Assembly: GCA_031414535.1 (NCBI GenBank)
Contig: JANNVQ010000040.1
Location: 69,927 to 133,926, forward strand
Origin: Gemmatimonas sp.
GTDB lineage: Bacteria > Gemmatimonadota > Gemmatimonadetes > Gemmatimonadales > Gemmatimonadaceae
Length of the DNA stretch: 64,000 bases
Direction of reading: 5' to 3'
Part shown: piece after piece, positions 1 through 10,210 of the stretch
Numbering within the stretch: position 1 is the first letter of the stretch
Layout of the letters: each line of letters starts with the position of its first letter
Made by a program: the position numbers and the translations under genes
The notes under the pieces: generated by a model
The model's input: only the letters and a program-made list of their open reading frames with translations
The model's database searches: none
Told to the model about the DNA's origin: nothing

Positions 1-71
1 CATGAGGTTTGCAACCGGACACGGTCCGAGCGAGACAGGTCATTCATCCCGCTCGTCCGCGTCTGAGAAGC

Positions 72-890
72 CTAGTGACGGTCCGCGCTCATACGCGCGC
101 GCCCTCCGAGCGCGCGGTCGGCATCGTCAATCGCGCGCCGCAGAATCCACGCCTTCTCCGTGGTATCGTGTTCGGCGTCGGCGTCACGTAGACCACGCTC
201 CAAGGCGCGCCGCGTGGAAGTCGAGACGTTATCGCCGAGATTCAAGACGGCGCGAATCGCCACTTCGTAAATCGCGGCGGTGGCTGCTGGCTCGTCATCG
301 TTGAAGAACGGCACTCCGCGGCGGACGGCCAGCGTCAGGAGCTCGCGTGCTTCGGTGTTCCGCTGGGCGCTGGCGCCGTCACGCATCCCGTCAGTGGGCG
401 GCAGCAGCACTTCGTCAATCACGTGGATCACGCCGTTGGTGGCTCCGACGTCCGCGCGCACGACGGTGGCATTGTTGATCATCAGTGAACTGCCCTGGGC
501 ACGAATGCGGATGTTGCGGCCCTCGACGGTCTTCGCGGATGTGAGCTCGCGGGCGGCGGCGGCGTTTACCCGCCCCGGTACCACATGGTACAGGAGGATG
601 GCGCGAAGTTGCGCGCGATTCTCAGGCTTGAGGAGATTCTCTACCGTACCGGCGGGTAGCCGGCGGAAGGCTTCGTCGGTGGGGGCGAATACCGTGAACG
701 GTCCATTGCCACGCAAGGTCTCCGTGAGTCCTGCGGCGTCGAGGGCCGTGACCAGCGTGGCGAACTGGCCGGCGCTGCGTGCAACCGTGGGGATGTCACC
801 GCGCTGGGCGGCGGCGGACGAAGTGACGAGCGAGGTGGCGAAGGCCAACAGCGCTACCGGAACAAAAAGACTGCGGCGCAAACGGAACAC
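72..890 (-). CDS. Secreted fasciclin (FAS1) domain protein with C-terminal helical extension
   Basis: FAS1 motifs GPFTVFAPTDEAF, ILLYHVVPG, NGVIHVIDEVL; signal peptide; GTG start at 890 after an AGGAG RBS. Confidence 0.92.
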   Translation of the reverse strand: MFRLRRSLFVPVALLAFATSLVTSSAAAQRGDIPTVARSAGQFATLVTALDAAGLTETLRGNGPFTVFAPTDEAFRRLPAGTVENLLKPENRAQLRAILLYHVVPGRVNAAAARELTSAKTVEGRNIRIRAQGSSLMINNATVVRADVGATNGVIHVIDEVLLPPTDGMRDGASAQRNTEARELLTLAVRRGVPFFNDDEPAATAAIYEVAIRAVLNLGDNVSTSTRRALERGLRDADAEHDTTEKAWILRRAIDDADRALGGRARMSADRH

Positions 891-940
891 GTGTGACTCC
901 TGTCTCATGGGAAAGTGACCAGCTGGGTGTCGAGGACTGG

Positions 941-996
941 TTCGCTTCCGGAGTGCTGTTTGGATGCACTGCATCCAAATCCGCGCGTCTGGCGAA
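941..996. promoter_or_regulatory. Back-to-back SigK-type ECF promoters (GCATCC-N16/17-CGAA on both strands)
   Basis: + strand GCATCC 971-976...CGAA 993-996; - strand GCATCC 967-962...CGAA 944-941; the -35 boxes form the palindrome TTTGGATGCA-C-TGCATCCAAA (959-979). Confidence 0.6.
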
Positions 997-1080
997 CTAT
1001 TGGGGAGCGGCTTCGCGAACCCGCGAGCCCACCTTCCCGTTCGACTTCCCGTGCCTTCTGCCTTCCGCCTTCCGTTTCAG

Positions 1081-1662
1081 ATGCCGATTGCGTTAGCAAC
1101 GTCCCCTGATGACGCGCCTCTGGTGCTTGCCCGTATTGCGGCGGGTGACGAGCGCGCGGTCCGCGACTGCGTTGCCGCATTCGGGCCAATGCTCTTGGCC
1201 TTGGCGCGTCGTTGGTCGCCGAACCCTGCCGACGCCGAGGATGCGGTGCAGGAGATTTTCTTCGATCTCTGGCGCAACGCCGTGCGCTACGACCCCTCCA
1301 AAGCCAGCGAGCGCGGCTTCGTCGCCATGATTGCTCGGCGTCGCCTCATTGACCGGCACCGACGGCAACTGCGCATGGTTCGCACAGAACCAGTACCTGA
1401 TGGCTTCGACCTTCCAGATCCCGAGACGGATGAAGGCGACCGCGTGGGCGAAGCGATGGCGGCACGCGAGGTGCTCGCCCAGCTCACGCCGCAACAACGT
1501 CGGTTTATTGAGCGACACTTGCTGGACGGTAAGACTCACGAGGAGATTGCCGCTGAGACATCGGTGCCATTGGGCACAGTGAAATCGCACATTCGTCGCG
1601 GACTCTTGAAGGCACGCGCGCTACTAGGCGGGCGTGCCGCCGCGGCAGAGGAGGACGTATGA
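1081..1662 (+). CDS. ECF RNA polymerase sigma factor (SigK-like)
   Basis: Region 2 DAEDAVQEIF..LWR, region 4 THEEIA..PLGTVKSHIRRGL; coupled to anti-sigma gene. Confidence 0.93.
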   Translation: MPIALATSPDDAPLVLARIAAGDERAVRDCVAAFGPMLLALARRWSPNPADAEDAVQEIFFDLWRNAVRYDPSKASERGFVAMIARRRLIDRHRRQLRMVRTEPVPDGFDLPDPETDEGDRVGEAMAAREVLAQLTPQQRRFIERHLLDGKTHEEIAAETSVPLGTVKSHIRRGLLKARALLGGRAAAAEEDV

Positions 1663-2402
1663 CCACACCCGAATCTTCATCGCAGTCTTTGGAATCCACG
1701 GCCGCTGAACTCGCGTCTGCTCTCGTGCAGCCCAGCGAGGCAGACGTTGCACTCGGCAGTGACTTGGCGGCGCGCATCATTGCCGATGGCGAAGCCGTGC
1801 TCCGTGCGCAGCGGATTGCCGACGCGCCTGGCTCTGGTGACGCCCAAAGTGGGTCGGTGATTGCCGTAGCTTCGGGTGCTGCGCCGGCGCGCGTACAGGC
1901 CTCGCGTTGGCGTGAGCGGAGTGCGTGGATGCTCGCGGTCGCCGCGAGCATTGCGTGGCTCTTGCTGCCGAGCCCGATTGCACCCATCCGTGACGAGGGG
2001 GCTCCCGCTGCACTGGTGGCACTGCGAGACTCACTCGCCGGCGATTCCGCGAGTGTGCAAGTGGCGTGGGCGCCGTCTACAGATCCAGCGGGGCGCAACG
2101 CTAGCGGCGATGTCGTGTGGCACGCCGCGTCGCAGCGTGGCGTGATGCGCTTCCGAGGGCTGGCGCCGAATGACAAGCGCATCGCGCAGTATCAGCTGTG
2201 GATTGTGGATGCGAATCGTGATGCACGATATCCCGTGGATGGCGGCGTGTTTGATGTGAACGAGAGCGGAGAAGTGCTCGTCGCAATTGACGCGCGGCTC
2301 CCGGTTGGTCGCGCGACACTCTTCGCCGTCACGCTCGAAGCACCAGGCGGTGTGGTGGTGTCAACACGCGAACGATTGGTGCTGGCGGCGCCGGCGGACT
2401 GA
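1659..2402 (+). CDS. Anti-sigma factor, RskA family
   Basis: Single TM helix, C-terminal YQLW..VDGGVF..FAVTLEAPGG RskA motifs; ATGA overlap with sigma gene. Confidence 0.88.
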   Translation: MTTPESSSQSLESTAAELASALVQPSEADVALGSDLAARIIADGEAVLRAQRIADAPGSGDAQSGSVIAVASGAAPARVQASRWRERSAWMLAVAASIAWLLLPSPIAPIRDEGAPAALVALRDSLAGDSASVQVAWAPSTDPAGRNASGDVVWHAASQRGVMRFRGLAPNDKRIAQYQLWIVDANRDARYPVDGGVFDVNESGEVLVAIDARLPVGRATLFAVTLEAPGGVVVSTRERLVLAAPAD

Positions 2403-2538
2403 GGTGGCGAGGGTGCGGCGGCAACTCGGGAACCCTCACTTCAATTGGGAGATGGAACGGATTCGTGTACCGGACGCTTTGACCACGCTCATTCACAGTG
2501 CGTTCGTCGTGTCCTCATCACTTTTTGGAGTTCGGACC

Positions 2539-3051
2539 ATGTTCAAGTTGCGCACGCTGCCCCTCGCAGCGCTTTTGCTTTCCGGCATCGTCGTCGCGTG
2601 CGATGATGACGATCCGATTGCTCCGGTTCCGGAGCAGTTTGTTGCCGCACTCAGCGGTGCGAACGAAGTCCCGGCCGTCACCAGTGCGGCCAGCGGTTCG
2701 GCGACGTTCACGGCGGTTGGCGACACAGCGCTCACCTACACGATCACGGCGAACAACATCACCGGCGTGACGATGGGACATATTCATGCTGCCGCCGCAG
2801 GGGTGAATGGCGGTGTGGTTGCATGGTTGCTTCCGCCGAACGGGACGGCAGCTCAGCCGGCAAGCGGCGCGCTCAACGGTCAGATTGCGACCGGCCGCAT
2901 TAACGCGTCGTGGATCCGCGGCCTCTCTGGGGCGGCTCCCATCACGCTGGACTCGCTCAAGAGCCTGATGCGCCTTGGTCGTGTGTACGTGAACATTCAC
3001 ACCAGCACGAACGGCGGCGGTGAAATCCGCGGTCAGATCGTGCCGAACTGA
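2539..3051 (+). CDS. CHRD-domain lipoprotein
   Basis: Lipobox VVAC; LSGANEVP, HIH, YVNIHT..GEIRGQI motifs; GGAG RBS. Confidence 0.9.
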   Translation: MFKLRTLPLAALLLSGIVVACDDDDPIAPVPEQFVAALSGANEVPAVTSAASGSATFTAVGDTALTYTITANNITGVTMGHIHAAAAGVNGGVVAWLLPPNGTAAQPASGALNGQIATGRINASWIRGLSGAAPITLDSLKSLMRLGRVYVNIHTSTNGGGEIRGQIVPN

Positions 3052-3056
3052 TTGGG

Positions 3057-3091
3057 TGTCGCGGGTGCGGCAGATTGCCGAACCCGCGACA
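3057..3091 (+). terminator. Hairpin downstream of CHRD gene (possible terminator)
   Basis: TGTCGCGGGT-GCGGCA-gat-TGCCGA-ACCCGCGACA inverted repeat; weak U tract. Confidence 0.45.
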
Positions 3092-3335
3092 TGTTGGTGT
3101 GATTCGCAACTTTTTGGACGGCGCGGTTCCGCGCGCGGAGGAGTCCACTCGTGGTCGCTTGGGTGGGCGGCGTGATCGACGGACTCGCGGGCCACGCGGG
3201 CGGGTGGCGGCCTGCGCTCTACCCCGCCCCCCGCGGACGCAGCAAAACCTGTCAGGCGTTGGAACGACGCGGTGCCCCGGCTAGCTTTAGAGGTTCCTAG
3301 CTTTGCTGCCCGCTCCTCCGCCCTAACTTGCTGCC

Positions 3336-5135
3336 GTGACCCAGCTGTCCCTGATCCGCAACTTCTGCATCGTCGCCCACATCGACCACGGGAAGTCCAC
3401 CCTGGCCGACCGCCTTATCGAGGCGACGGGCATGCTCCAGAAGCGCGAAATGAAGGCCCAGGTGATGGACACCCTGGACCTCGAGCGCGAGCGCGGCATC
3501 ACGATCAAACTCAATGCCGTCCGGATGTCATACGATGCCAAGGACGGCGTCACCTACGAGCTGAACCTGATTGACACGCCCGGGCACGTGGACTTCACCT
3601 ACGAAGTCTCGCGCTCCTTGGCTGCCTGCGAAGGCGCAATTCTCGTCGTGGACGCCTCACAGGGCATTCAGGCGCAGACCCTGTCCAATCTGTTCCTCGC
3701 GATGGACGCGGGCCTCGAGATTATCCCGATCCTCAACAAGATTGACCTCCCAGGCGCCGAGCCCGAGAAGCGTCGTCAGGAAGTGGTGGATCTCATTGGC
3801 TGCGCGCCCGAGGACATTCTCCTCGTGAGCGCCAAGGAAGGTTTGGGCATCCCCGAGTTGCTCGAGAAGGTCGTAGAGAAGGTGCCGCCGCCAAAGGGCG
3901 ACGTGAACGGCCAGCTTCGTGCGCTCATTTACGATTCGTATTACGACAAGTATCGCGGGGCCATTCCAAGTGTGCGCGTCGTGGACGGCACGCTGAAGAA
4001 GGGGATGAAAATCGCGTTTGGCGCCTCCGAGTCTGTGTACGAAGTGCTTGAGGTTGGCTACAACCAACTGCGCCAGGTGCCCGCTAAGCAGCTCACGTCC
4101 GGCGAAGTGGGCTACGTCGTGGCCAGCGTGAAGTCGGTGCGCGAGACGCGCGCGGGCGACACCATCTTTGACGCCGAGAACAAGGCCACGCAGGCGCTTC
4201 CGGGTTATCAGGCGGTGCGTTCGTTTGTGTTTGCCGGCATCTTCCCCACCGACACGCAGCAGTACGAAGACCTGCGCGACGCGCTGGAGCGTTTGCAGCT
4301 CAACGACGCGTCGCTCAACTATCTCCCCGAGACGTCCACGGCGCTGGGCTTCGGTTTCCGCTGCGGCTTCCTCGGCCTTCTCCATATGGAGATTGTGAAG
4401 GAGCGCCTCGAGCGTGAGTTCGATCTCGACCTCGTCACGACGGTCCCGAGCGTGGAGTACCACGTGAAGAAGACTGACGGCGAGGATGTGGTCGTCGAGA
4501 ATCCCGCGCTGATGCCGCCGGCTGGCAACATCGACTACATCGAAGAGCCCTACGTAAAGGCTCGCATCATGGTCCCCACCGAGTACATCGGACCCATCAT
4601 GACGCTGGGCACGGAGCGCCGCGGCGAGTACAAGGGGATGAACTACATCGATACCGCGCGAGTGGAAATCGATTGGGAGTTCCCGCTTGGCGAAATCATT
4701 CTCGACTTCTTCGACAAGCTCAAGTCCATCTCACGCGGCTATGCCTCGCTGGACTACGAACTCATTGGTTATCGCAAGAGCGACCTGCAGCGCCTCGACA
4801 TGCTCATCAACGGCGACCCGATTGACGCGTTCTCCGTCATCGTGCACGTGGACAAGGCGTATGAATGGGGCCGCAAGGTGGCCGACAAGCTCAAGGATCT
4901 AATTCCGCGCCAGCTCTTCGAAGTCGCGATTCAGGCCGCGCTGGGCCAGAAGGTGATTGCCCGCTCTACCGTGAAGGCGCTGCGCAAGGATGTGCTCGCC
5001 AAGTGCTACGGCGGCGATATCTCGCGCAAGCGCAAGCTTCTCGAGAAGCAGAAGGAAGGCAAAAAGCGTATGAAGCAGGTGGGATCAGTGGAGATCCCAC
5101 AGGAAGCCTTCCTCGCGGTGCTACAGGTCGACTAA
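3336..5135 (+). CDS. lepA: Translation elongation factor 4
   Basis: [29 protein letters not shown]-terminal [25 protein letters not shown]. Confidence 0.99.
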   Translation: MTQLSLIRNFCIVAHIDHGKSTLADRLIEATGMLQKREMKAQVMDTLDLERERGITIKLNAVRMSYDAKDGVTYELNLIDTPGHVDFTYEVSRSLAACEGAILVVDASQGIQAQTLSNLFLAMDAGLEIIPILNKIDLPGAEPEKRRQEVVDLIGCAPEDILLVSAKEGLGIPELLEKVVEKVPPPKGDVNGQLRALIYDSYYDKYRGAIPSVRVVDGTLKKGMKIAFGASESVYEVLEVGYNQLRQVPAKQLTSGEVGYVVASVKSVRETRAGDTIFDAENKATQALPGYQAVRSFVFAGIFPTDTQQYEDLRDALERLQLNDASLNYLPETSTALGFGFRCGFLGLLHMEIVKERLEREFDLDLVTTVPSVEYHVKKTDGEDVVVENPALMPPAGNIDYIEEPYVKARIMVPTEYIGPIMTLGTERRGEYKGMNYIDTARVEIDWEFPLGEIILDFFDKLKSISRGYASLDYELIGYRKSDLQRLDMLINGDPIDAFSVIVHVDKAYEWGRKVADKLKDLIPRQLFEVAIQAALGQKVIARSTVKALRKDVLAKCYGGDISRKRKLLEKQKEGKKRMKQVGSVEIPQEAFLAVLQVD

Positions 5136-5155
5136 ACCCACCCCGTCGAGCGCGG

Positions 5156-6334
5156 CTAGTTGCCGCCGCGCTCGAAGGTCAGTTGGTACGGTCCCACGGT
5201 GCCCGCACCGAGCGAGCTAACGCGAATCACGTAGGTCCCCGCGCGCGTCACGCGCACCTCTAACATCGAGTCGAGATCGCCGCCGCTGTCGTCATCCGTG
5301 GCGATCTCATTGAACGCGCCGCCGAGCGTCGTGCCCCAGCGCAGGTAGGAGTCGAACTCCCCTGAGCGCATGGTGATGCGGAAGGAATCGCCGGCCGCGG
5401 CCGTGACCACGTACTCGTGGAAGTAGCCGCCACCATCCAGCTCGGGGTCAGAGGTTGTGAGTTCACCACTCACCGTCTGGCCAACCTCGATGGGACGCTG
5501 GATGACCGCCACCACTGGGGCATCCGACACGGACAGCGAGTAGTTGCCGCGTCCGTCCTCGCCAAGCGAACGCGCGATGATCTTGTACTCGCCGTTCAAT
5601 TCCAACACGACGCGCGCGTTGGTGCCGCCTGCGCCATCGTCATCGGTGGCCACCTGCTCCTCGCCGTCAGCATTCACCTTGTAGACGTGCAGGTAGGCGT
5701 CGAAGCTCTCCGCCGTCATCTGGATGCGGACGCGCTGTCCCTTCCCGCGGATGGTATAGACATCGTGGGGCTGATCTCCATCGTCCTCGCGGAGGGGAGA
5801 GTCGTCCGTCAGTTCGCCCTCAACAGATTGTCCGATCGCGATGGAGCGGGCGGCGGGCGGTGGCGCGGGCTGCTGCTCGACAATTTGGACCGTAAACGCC
5901 CCTGCCCCGTCCTCTGAGAGTGCCTGGGCAACAAGGAAGTAGCTCCCGTTGGCCGGTGGCTTGAAGCGCAGGCGAGAATTGCTGCCCTCGCCTCCATCGT
6001 CGTCCGACGCCAGTTCCTCGGTGAGCACACCCACCTGCCGTGCCACCCAGACGTAGGAGTCGAGGTCGGGAGCTTCCATGGTGATGATGTAGCGCTTGTC
6101 GGCTCGCGCCTCAAAGCGGTACACCCGGAAGGCACCGCGTCCGCCCATTTTGGTCTCGGATGCGCGCAACTCATCATTCACAGGCGTAGCAAAACGAATC
6201 AGGCGCGGCGCTCCAGCCGCTTGCGGTGCCGGGCGCGCAGGCGGACGGCCACCCTGCGCCTCTACGGCCTCCGTCGCGGTGGCCAAGCCGACCAGCGCCG
6301 CCGCAGCGGCGATTCCATTCCGAGTTAGACGCAT
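5156..6334 (-). CDS. Secreted protein with three PPC (pre-peptidase C-terminal)-like repeats
   Basis: Signal peptide; three D(S/A)Y...DDD(G/S)G..(N/D)(S/A) repeats. Confidence 0.8.
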   Translation of the reverse strand: MRLTRNGIAAAAALVGLATATEAVEAQGGRPPARPAPQAAGAPRLIRFATPVNDELRASETKMGGRGAFRVYRFEARADKRYIITMEAPDLDSYVWVARQVGVLTEELASDDDGGEGSNSRLRFKPPANGSYFLVAQALSEDGAGAFTVQIVEQQPAPPPAARSIAIGQSVEGELTDDSPLREDDGDQPHDVYTIRGKGQRVRIQMTAESFDAYLHVYKVNADGEEQVATDDDGAGGTNARVVLELNGEYKIIARSLGEDGRGNYSLSVSDAPVVAVIQRPIEVGQTVSGELTTSDPELDGGGYFHEYVVTAAAGDSFRITMRSGEFDSYLRWGTTLGGAFNEIATDDDSGGDLDSMLEVRVTRAGTYVIRVSSLGAGTVGPYQLTFERGGN

Positions 6335-6465
6335 GCACACCCCCAGTTGAGGCCGTCAGGATGGGACGGCAGTGACCAAATATGGAACCGCAACCGACCA
6401 AGGGCGAGGGGACAGCCTGCGCTCCTCTCATTGTCGCTCACAATCGGCGCCGGTAGCTTTCCCCC

Positions 6466-7035
6466 ATGTCTGAAGCCGCCATTCGTACGTTGGTCGCGGA
6501 AAATCCTGGCCAAGCCACCGTTGAGGAGTACACCCTGGTGTATCGCGTGCTCGCAGCACGCGTGCCCTGCCGTCTCCTCATCTTCGGCGTAGGCCGTGAT
6601 ACCCCGCTCTGGCTCGATATCAACAAGGGCGGTACGACCGTCTTCCTTGAGGACGTGAAGAAGTGGGCGGCGTTTGCCCGCGAAGCCTCACCGGGCAGCG
6701 TCGTGCACGACGTGGACTACGGGCTCGTCCGTCGCTTTATGTGGCCCATCATGCGCCGCATGCCCGAGCGCTTGATGATGACGGACCTTAGCCCGGAAGT
6801 GCGCAACACCAAGTGGGACGTCATTCTCGTAGACGCCCCGCGCGGCACACGGTGGAGCGCGCCTGGCCGCATGAAGAGCGTCTACACGGCCAAGGTGCTC
6901 GGCGAGGAGAGCGGCGCCGACGTCTTCGTGCACGATTGCCATCGCGCAGTGGAACGCGAGAGCGCCGAGCAGTTTCTGCGCGCCGACCGCTTTGTGGCGC
7001 AGGCCGGCAGCATGCGGCACTACCGCCTGCGCTGA
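6466..7035 (+). CDS. DUF579 (Polysacc_synt_4)-like putative polysaccharide O-methyltransferase
   Basis: PCRLLIFGVG, GGTTVFLED, WDVILVDAPRG, PGRMKSVYTA, DVFVHDC.R.VE match the motif order of plant GXM/IRX15 proteins. Confidence 0.8.
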   Translation: MSEAAIRTLVAENPGQATVEEYTLVYRVLAARVPCRLLIFGVGRDTPLWLDINKGGTTVFLEDVKKWAAFAREASPGSVVHDVDYGLVRRFMWPIMRRMPERLMMTDLSPEVRNTKWDVILVDAPRGTRWSAPGRMKSVYTAKVLGEESGADVFVHDCHRAVERESAEQFLRADRFVAQAGSMRHYRLR

Positions 7036-7052
7036 GTCGCGGGTCCTCGCCG

Positions 7053-8234
7053 ATGCGCATCGGGATAGACATGCGCGTGCCTGCGCCCAAGGGACCCGGG
7101 CAGCAGCGCTATCTCTGGCGGCTCGGCGCGTGGCTCGCCGCACAGGGACACGAGCTGCACTTCATGACGGTCCTGAGGCAAAACGGCGACATCATCGCCC
7201 CGCCCGGGGCGAGCTACCACGACTACTCCGCGCTGTCGGCATCGCGGCTACGCGTAGCGGTGAGCGATCTCTCGCTCGACGCGCTGCTGCTCAACCCCGA
7301 GCGATCGCGCCCGTTTCGCGGCTTGCCGGCCAATGTGCTACGCTCCGCGTACGGCACGGAACAGTACATCCAAAAGCTGCGCTCGTTCCGGCATCCGTTG
7401 GAATGGACGGCGCGCAAAGCCCTGCGTGGCGCGCCGTGGACGCTCGCCGAGATGCACTTCGAGCGGCAGTTCTACGAAGGAACACAGCCGGCACCGGACG
7501 TGATTGCGCAGTCGCGCTACATGCGCGAGCAGATTCTTGGCAGCTATCGCATCCCCGAGTCGCAGGTGCACGTCGTGTTGAATGCCGTGGACGTGCAGGA
7601 ATACACACCGGCGCGGCGACTCGCGCTGCGCCAGGAGATGCGGGCACGCTGGAACATCCCCGCGGAAGCACTGTGCCTGCTGTTTCTCGGGCACAACTTT
7701 CGCTTAAAAGGCCTGTGGCAAATTCTCCAAGTGCTACCAACGCTCGGGAAGCTCGGGCGCCCCGTGCATTTGCTCGTCGCCGGCAAGGGTACCGGGGAGC
7801 CGCAACGTCGCAAGGCGCAGCGCCTAGTGCGCTCCCACGGACTTGAGCGGCAGGTGACATTCGCGGGTGACGTGCGGCCATCGCTCAGCGCCCACGCGGC
7901 GGCCGATGCGCTGCTGCACCTCTCTTGGCATGACTCCTTTGGATTTGTGTCGCTTGAGGCGATGGCCACCGGCTTGCCAGTCATCACGACGCGCTACGTT
8001 GGCGCGGCGGAGCTTATTCGCGATGGGGAGTCCGGCCTCATTGTTGATCCAGCGGAGGACCGCCAGATTGCCGACGCCATCCGACGCCTCAGCGACGATA
8101 GCTGGCGCGAAAAGGTCGGCATTGCCGCCGCCGCGGAAGGCGCGAAGCACGATGAGCCGCAGAACTTCGAGCAAGTGCACGCGGTGATTCGCACGGCCGT
8201 CGGCCGCGGCGCGGGTCCCATTCGCGCACGATAG
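7053..8234 (+). CDS. Glycosyltransferase family 4 (GT-B)
   Basis: VLNAVD, FRLKGL, DSFGFVSLEAMATGLPVI. Confidence 0.92.
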   Translation: MRIGIDMRVPAPKGPGQQRYLWRLGAWLAAQGHELHFMTVLRQNGDIIAPPGASYHDYSALSASRLRVAVSDLSLDALLLNPERSRPFRGLPANVLRSAYGTEQYIQKLRSFRHPLEWTARKALRGAPWTLAEMHFERQFYEGTQPAPDVIAQSRYMREQILGSYRIPESQVHVVLNAVDVQEYTPARRLALRQEMRARWNIPAEALCLLFLGHNFRLKGLWQILQVLPTLGKLGRPVHLLVAGKGTGEPQRRKAQRLVRSHGLERQVTFAGDVRPSLSAHAAADALLHLSWHDSFGFVSLEAMATGLPVITTRYVGAAELIRDGESGLIVDPAEDRQIADAIRRLSDDSWREKVGIAAAAEGAKHDEPQNFEQVHAVIRTAVGRGAGPIRAR

Positions 8235-8243
8235 CTTTCGGTC

Positions 8244-9245
8244 ATGACAGCCACAGCTGAGAGCAAGCGCTACATCATTGGCGTGGATTTGGGCGGCACC
8301 AACATTGTGATTGGCGCCGTCAGCCTTGATGGGAGCCAGCAGTTTGGGATGCACAGCATTCCCACGCGTGCGGACTTGGGCTCAGACGCGGTTGTCGAAC
8401 GCATTGCCCAATTGGTGGAGCGCGTGGCGGCGGAAACGATGTCCGCCACCGGGGCATCGCGCGCGCAGATCCTCGGCGTGGGCATCGGATCGCCGGGCCC
8501 GCTGGACCGCGAGACTGGCGTGGTGATCCTCACCCCCAATCTCGGCTGGACCAACTTCCCGCTGCGCGACCGCATCTGTTCCGCCGTGCAGCTGCCTGCC
8601 ACGCTCGACAACGACGCCAACTGTGCCACGCTCGGCGAGTGGTGGCTGGGCGCCGCGCGAGGCGCGCAGCATGTGGTGGGCCTGACGATTGGCACGGGTA
8701 TCGGCGGCGGACTCATTCTCAACGGGCGCTTGTTTCACGGCGTGAGCGACGTGGCCGGCGAAGTTGGGCACACGACCATTGACGCCAACGGGCGCCGCTG
8801 CGGATGCGGCAATTACGGATGCCTCGAGGCGTACGCATCGGGCCCCGCCATCGCGGAGCGCGCACGCGAGGCACTGGCCGGTGGCGAACCCTCGGCGATG
8901 CCAGCGCTCGTGAGCGGAGATCTGTCGCGGTTGAGCGCCGCCATCGTCTACGATGCAGCCAAACAAGGCGATCGACTCGCGCAGGAGGTGGTGCGCGAGA
9001 CCGCGCGCATCCTCGGTATCGGCATTGCCAATCTGCTCAACGTCTTCAACCCCGAAGTCGTGGTGCTCGCCGGCGGCGTGACGCAGGCTGGGGACCAGCT
9101 CTTCGAACCACTGCGAGCGGAGGTGCGGCGGCGCGCCTTCAAGCCCGCGGTGGACGCCTGTCGCATCGTGCCCGGTGCGCTGCAGGGTAATGCGGGAGTG
9201 ATTGGCGCCGCGGCCACGTTCGCGCAGCAGCAGGGGCTGATGTGA
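8244..9245 (+). CDS. ROK family sugar kinase (glucokinase-like)
   Basis: GVDLGGT, NDANCA, GTGIGGG, GEVGH, CGCGNYGCLE. Confidence 0.95.
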   Translation: MTATAESKRYIIGVDLGGTNIVIGAVSLDGSQQFGMHSIPTRADLGSDAVVERIAQLVERVAAETMSATGASRAQILGVGIGSPGPLDRETGVVILTPNLGWTNFPLRDRICSAVQLPATLDNDANCATLGEWWLGAARGAQHVVGLTIGTGIGGGLILNGRLFHGVSDVAGEVGHTTIDANGRRCGCGNYGCLEAYASGPAIAERAREALAGGEPSAMPALVSGDLSRLSAAIVYDAAKQGDRLAQEVVRETARILGIGIANLLNVFNPEVVVLAGGVTQAGDQLFEPLRAEVRRRAFKPAVDACRIVPGALQGNAGVIGAAATFAQQQGLM

Positions 9246-10210
9246 GCGCTGGCGCAGGAGAGGGAACGGGTGCCCGCCCCCGACGCAAACGGCTCGGCGT
9301 GATTGGGACCTTCGTCTGGGACGTGATTCATGGTCGGGACATTCATTCTGCGGCGGTGGAGGAATGGGGTGGCATCACCTACGCGCTCTCCGCCTGCGAT
9401 GCAGCCTTGAGCGCAAGCTGGGAACTCGTGCCGCTTGTGAAGGTGGGCTCCGACCTCGCCCCGCAGGCGCGCGACTTCCTGCGCTCGCTACGAACCATCG
9501 CGCTGGATGCGCAGCCGATTGTGGTGCCACAACGGAACAATCGGGTGGAGCTGCGTTACTTCTCGGACGAGCGCCGCAGCGAAGTGTTGAGCGGAGGTGT
9601 GCCGGGCTGGAGTTGGGCCGGCCTCCAGCCCCTGCTCCGCGATGTGGACGCGCTGTACATCAACCTCATCAGTGGCTTTGAGCTCGATTTAGAAACGGCG
9701 CAGCTTATCCGCCAGCACTTCAAGGGCCCCATCTACTGCGATTTGCACTCGCTCACGCTGGCCTTGGAGCCCAATGGCCTTCGGACCTGGCGGCAGATTC
9801 CAGAAGTGGCGGCGTGGTGCGCCTGTTTTGACGTGCTACAGGTGAATGAGGACGAAGTGGCCATGATGGCGGCCGACCCATTGGCCCTGGCGACCATGGC
9901 CTTGGGCTCCGGCGTGAAGACGCTGTTCGTGACCCTTGGGAGGCGCGGAGTCGTCTATTTCGAGGAGGCCGGCCCGGGCAGGCCGCTCCGGACGGCGCTG
10001 CTGCCCGCGTCGGTTGCGAGAGTTGACGGCCCGGGTGATCCCACGGGCTGCGGAGATGTGTGGGGCGCAACGTATTTCTCTCGTGCCGTCGCGGGTGATA
10101 CATTGCAGGTTGCCGTGCGAGCGGCATGTGACGCTGCAGCGCGCAACGTTGAACATCGGGGGGCCACCGGCCTCGCCCATCACCTTCGCGGAGAGCTACA
10201 CCCGCTGTGA
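9242..10210 (+). CDS. PfkB family carbohydrate kinase
   Basis: LQVNEDE, VTLGRRG, DPTGCGD anion-hole motif. Confidence 0.88.
   Translation: MSAGAGEGTGARPRRKRLGVIGTFVWDVIHGRDIHSAAVEEWGGITYALSACDAALSASWELVPLVKVGSDLAPQARDFLRSLRTIALDAQPIVVPQRNNRVELRYFSDERRSEVLSGGVPGWSWAGLQPLLRDVDALYINLISGFELDLETAQLIRQHFKGPIYCDLHSLTLALEPNGLRTWRQIPEVAAWCACFDVLQVNEDEVAMMAADPLALATMALGSGVKTLFVTLGRRGVVYFEEAGPGRPLRTALLPASVARVDGPGDPTGCGDVWGATYFSRAVAGDTLQVAVRAACDAAARNVEHRGATGLAHHLRGELHPL

Noticed and set aside
3336..5135. Host preference for G-ATT-G over G-ATC-G and GTGGAC over GTCGAC compared with the prophage, suggesting restriction-site avoidance
   Set aside because: Reverse-complement CGATC and some GATCG/GTCGAC sites do occur in host genes; needs k-mer statistics I cannot run
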